64,000 nucleotides of DNA from Octopus sinensis (taxonomy: Eukaryota). The notes under the pieces are model-generated. The model made no database searches. It was not told the DNA's origin and was given only the letters and a program-made list of their open reading frames with translations. Positions within the stretch are counted from its first letter, which is position 1. Every line of letters starts with the position of its first letter. Location of the stretch: assembly GCF_006345805.1 (NCBI RefSeq), contig NC_043018.1, forward strand, positions 11,966,001 through 12,030,000, written 5' to 3'. Below are positions 62,027 through 64,000 of this stretch, piece by piece. A program made the position numbers and the translations under genes.

Positions 62027-63264
62027 GGCAAATTACTTCCACAAAAGAAATTATTCTGTTCTTAGCAACTACAAGTTGACTTCAGCATATTTTTGCAAAA
62101 CTGATCTCCAAGCTGGTCGGTTTTTTAGGGAAAAGATAAGAAAGTCTTCACGTCTTCTATAACTGGTATTTTAACATATGTTCTAAGAAAAGAACTTTGC
62201 AATCATTTTAACCCATTTCTGATAAATATGATATTGGTAGTACTTATCAGCACTGAAATCAGGTCTTCAATAATTCTATAAATTTTGTAAATATTCAATA
62301 ATTGAACAAACTTTTGAATATGACTTCATATATTTGCTTTAAATATAGGTTTGATATTCATTAGCATTCCAAGTAAAATGTTTCGTCTTTGAGTTTGAAT
62401 TCCATCGAGATCATCTTTGCCTTTCATCCTTTCAGGTTTGATAAAATAAGTACCAGTTGAATACTGGGGTCAATGTAATCAACTTATCCCTTCCCCGTAA
62501 TTACTGGCATTGTGCCAAAATTTGAAATCAATATAGGCTTGACGTAATATATTCATACATTAATTAAAATAACATTAACTAAAATGTCATTCTATATGAA
62601 TAAATATATATAAATAAATACGCCATAATCTTTTAGAATCTATGGAATTTTCTAAGAAGTATAGAATGCTACTTGCGTTGTAGAATTCTAATTACAAGAA
62701 ACCTGTTAATTAACCCAAGTTCCTATTTTTGGATGTTTCTGACGATTTTTCAAATTTAAATTTTAGAAACTATTATTATTTTAGAAACTTTAAAAAAAAT
62801 TTATTTAAATACATTGTCAGACATTCGAAATAGTTGTCTTACATAAATAAGAATTGCAGGGTTGGGTGTCCTGCATTTTTCCATGTTTTATGGTACACCA
62901 CATTTCAAAATACTCACAGACAGACATTTTTTTGAAAATATTTCATTTCATATTTTCAAGTTTAAAATCCATTTGGAATGTATTCTTTTACTCTTTTACT
63001 TGTTTCAGTCATTTGACTGTGGCCATGCTGGAGCACCGCCTTTAGTCGAGCAAATCGATCCCAGAACTTATTCTTTGGAAGCCTAGCACTTATCCTATCG
63101 GTCTCTTTTGCTGAGCCACTAAGTTACGGGGACGTAAACACACCACCATCAGTTGTCAAGCGATGTTGGAAGGACAAACACACACACATGCACATACATA
63201 CATACATAATAATAATAATAACAATAATAATAATAATAATAATATGTACCACGTGAGATGACAC

Positions 63265-63510
63265 TTCCTTTTGATGTTAATGTTGCTGACGTAGATATCT
63301 CTTTGGAGGAGAATCTCATTGAATTGCAGAATGATGAAATATTTCAGGCAAGATTTAAAGATAGGAAACATAACATATGGAAAAATAATGACACTGCTAC
63401 AAAGTATCCACTGCTCTAGGAGGGCGCAGGTGTGTGTCACTGCTTTTCTTTCATCTGACCTTGTTGAATCTGGTTTCAGTTGTGTTACTCAACTCGACTT
63501 TGTGGAAAAA
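63265..63510 (+). mobile_element. hAT (Charlie/Buster-like) transposase dimerisation-domain remnant
   Basis: PFDVNV...LEENLIELQNDE...KYPLL*...SSDLVESGFSCVTQL. Confidence 0.85.
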
Positions 63511-63617
63511 GGTGATCTTTGATTACCATGACAACATTGGAGCCAAACATTACAAAACTAGCAGAGCAACATCAACTGCAAAGCTCACATTAAATAACAT
63601 GGTACTAAAGTACTATC

Positions 63618-63653
<36 letters not shown>

Positions 63654-64000
63654 GTTTAACGTCCGCTTTCCATGCTAGCATGTGCTGTTTAAACAAAAAA
63701 CAGAGCGAATATATTGTCAGAAAGTACCTACTGTGAAAGGGGCACCACAACACCACATGTAGGATGCTGAAGCAAAGAAAGAGAGCTAGCAGTCCTAGCT
63801 GTGGGCAGATGGTGAGCTGACTACCCAAAAGGGGAAATAGACAGAGTCCTGTCAGTCGAGCTCCTTCTATGTGTTTCATGACTTCCGTTAAGGGCTGTTG
63901 TGTCTTGCTTATGCATCATGGCTGCCCGCTTTGTCCCTTCTGGGCCTTTTATGTTTAGCCCTGAGATAATCAAAGCAGGCATGATGGGTACGCTACAGAC

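Overview
AT-rich, microsatellite- and transposon-dense animal genomic DNA. The SINE/LINE repertoire looks like a coleoid cephalopod (Octopus-like); this is inferred from repeat recognition only. No prokaryotic features, CRISPR arrays, rRNA or true tRNA genes were found. The one host gene is on the minus strand and is mostly invisible in the ORF track: 15 short coding exons (53236 down to 570). All have GT-AG boundaries and matching phases, and they join into a stop-free 592-codon frame encoding a signal peptide, five cadherin (EC) repeats and the start of a sixth; the gene continues beyond the left edge. Its Ca2+-binding motifs are largely degenerate and its EC3 resembles CDHR2/CDHR5/PCDH15/Cad99C-type cadherins. 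The introns hold three tRNA-type SINE families, RTE, CR1, R4/Dong-like and Penelope-like retroelement fragments, mariner/maT/pogo/hAT remnants, piggyBac/Tigger/hAT MITEs, Helitron/Helentron-like elements and a 3.4-kb 17-bp minisatellite, which produces the 900-1100 aa artefact ORFs. The most unusual observations are a 66-bp tandem repeat that quadruplicates a splice donor, a perfect 142-bp loop-less palindrome nested on a ~470-bp fold-back element, and several near-perfect intronic hairpins and inverted repeats close to exons. I found no convincing new multi-gene system.
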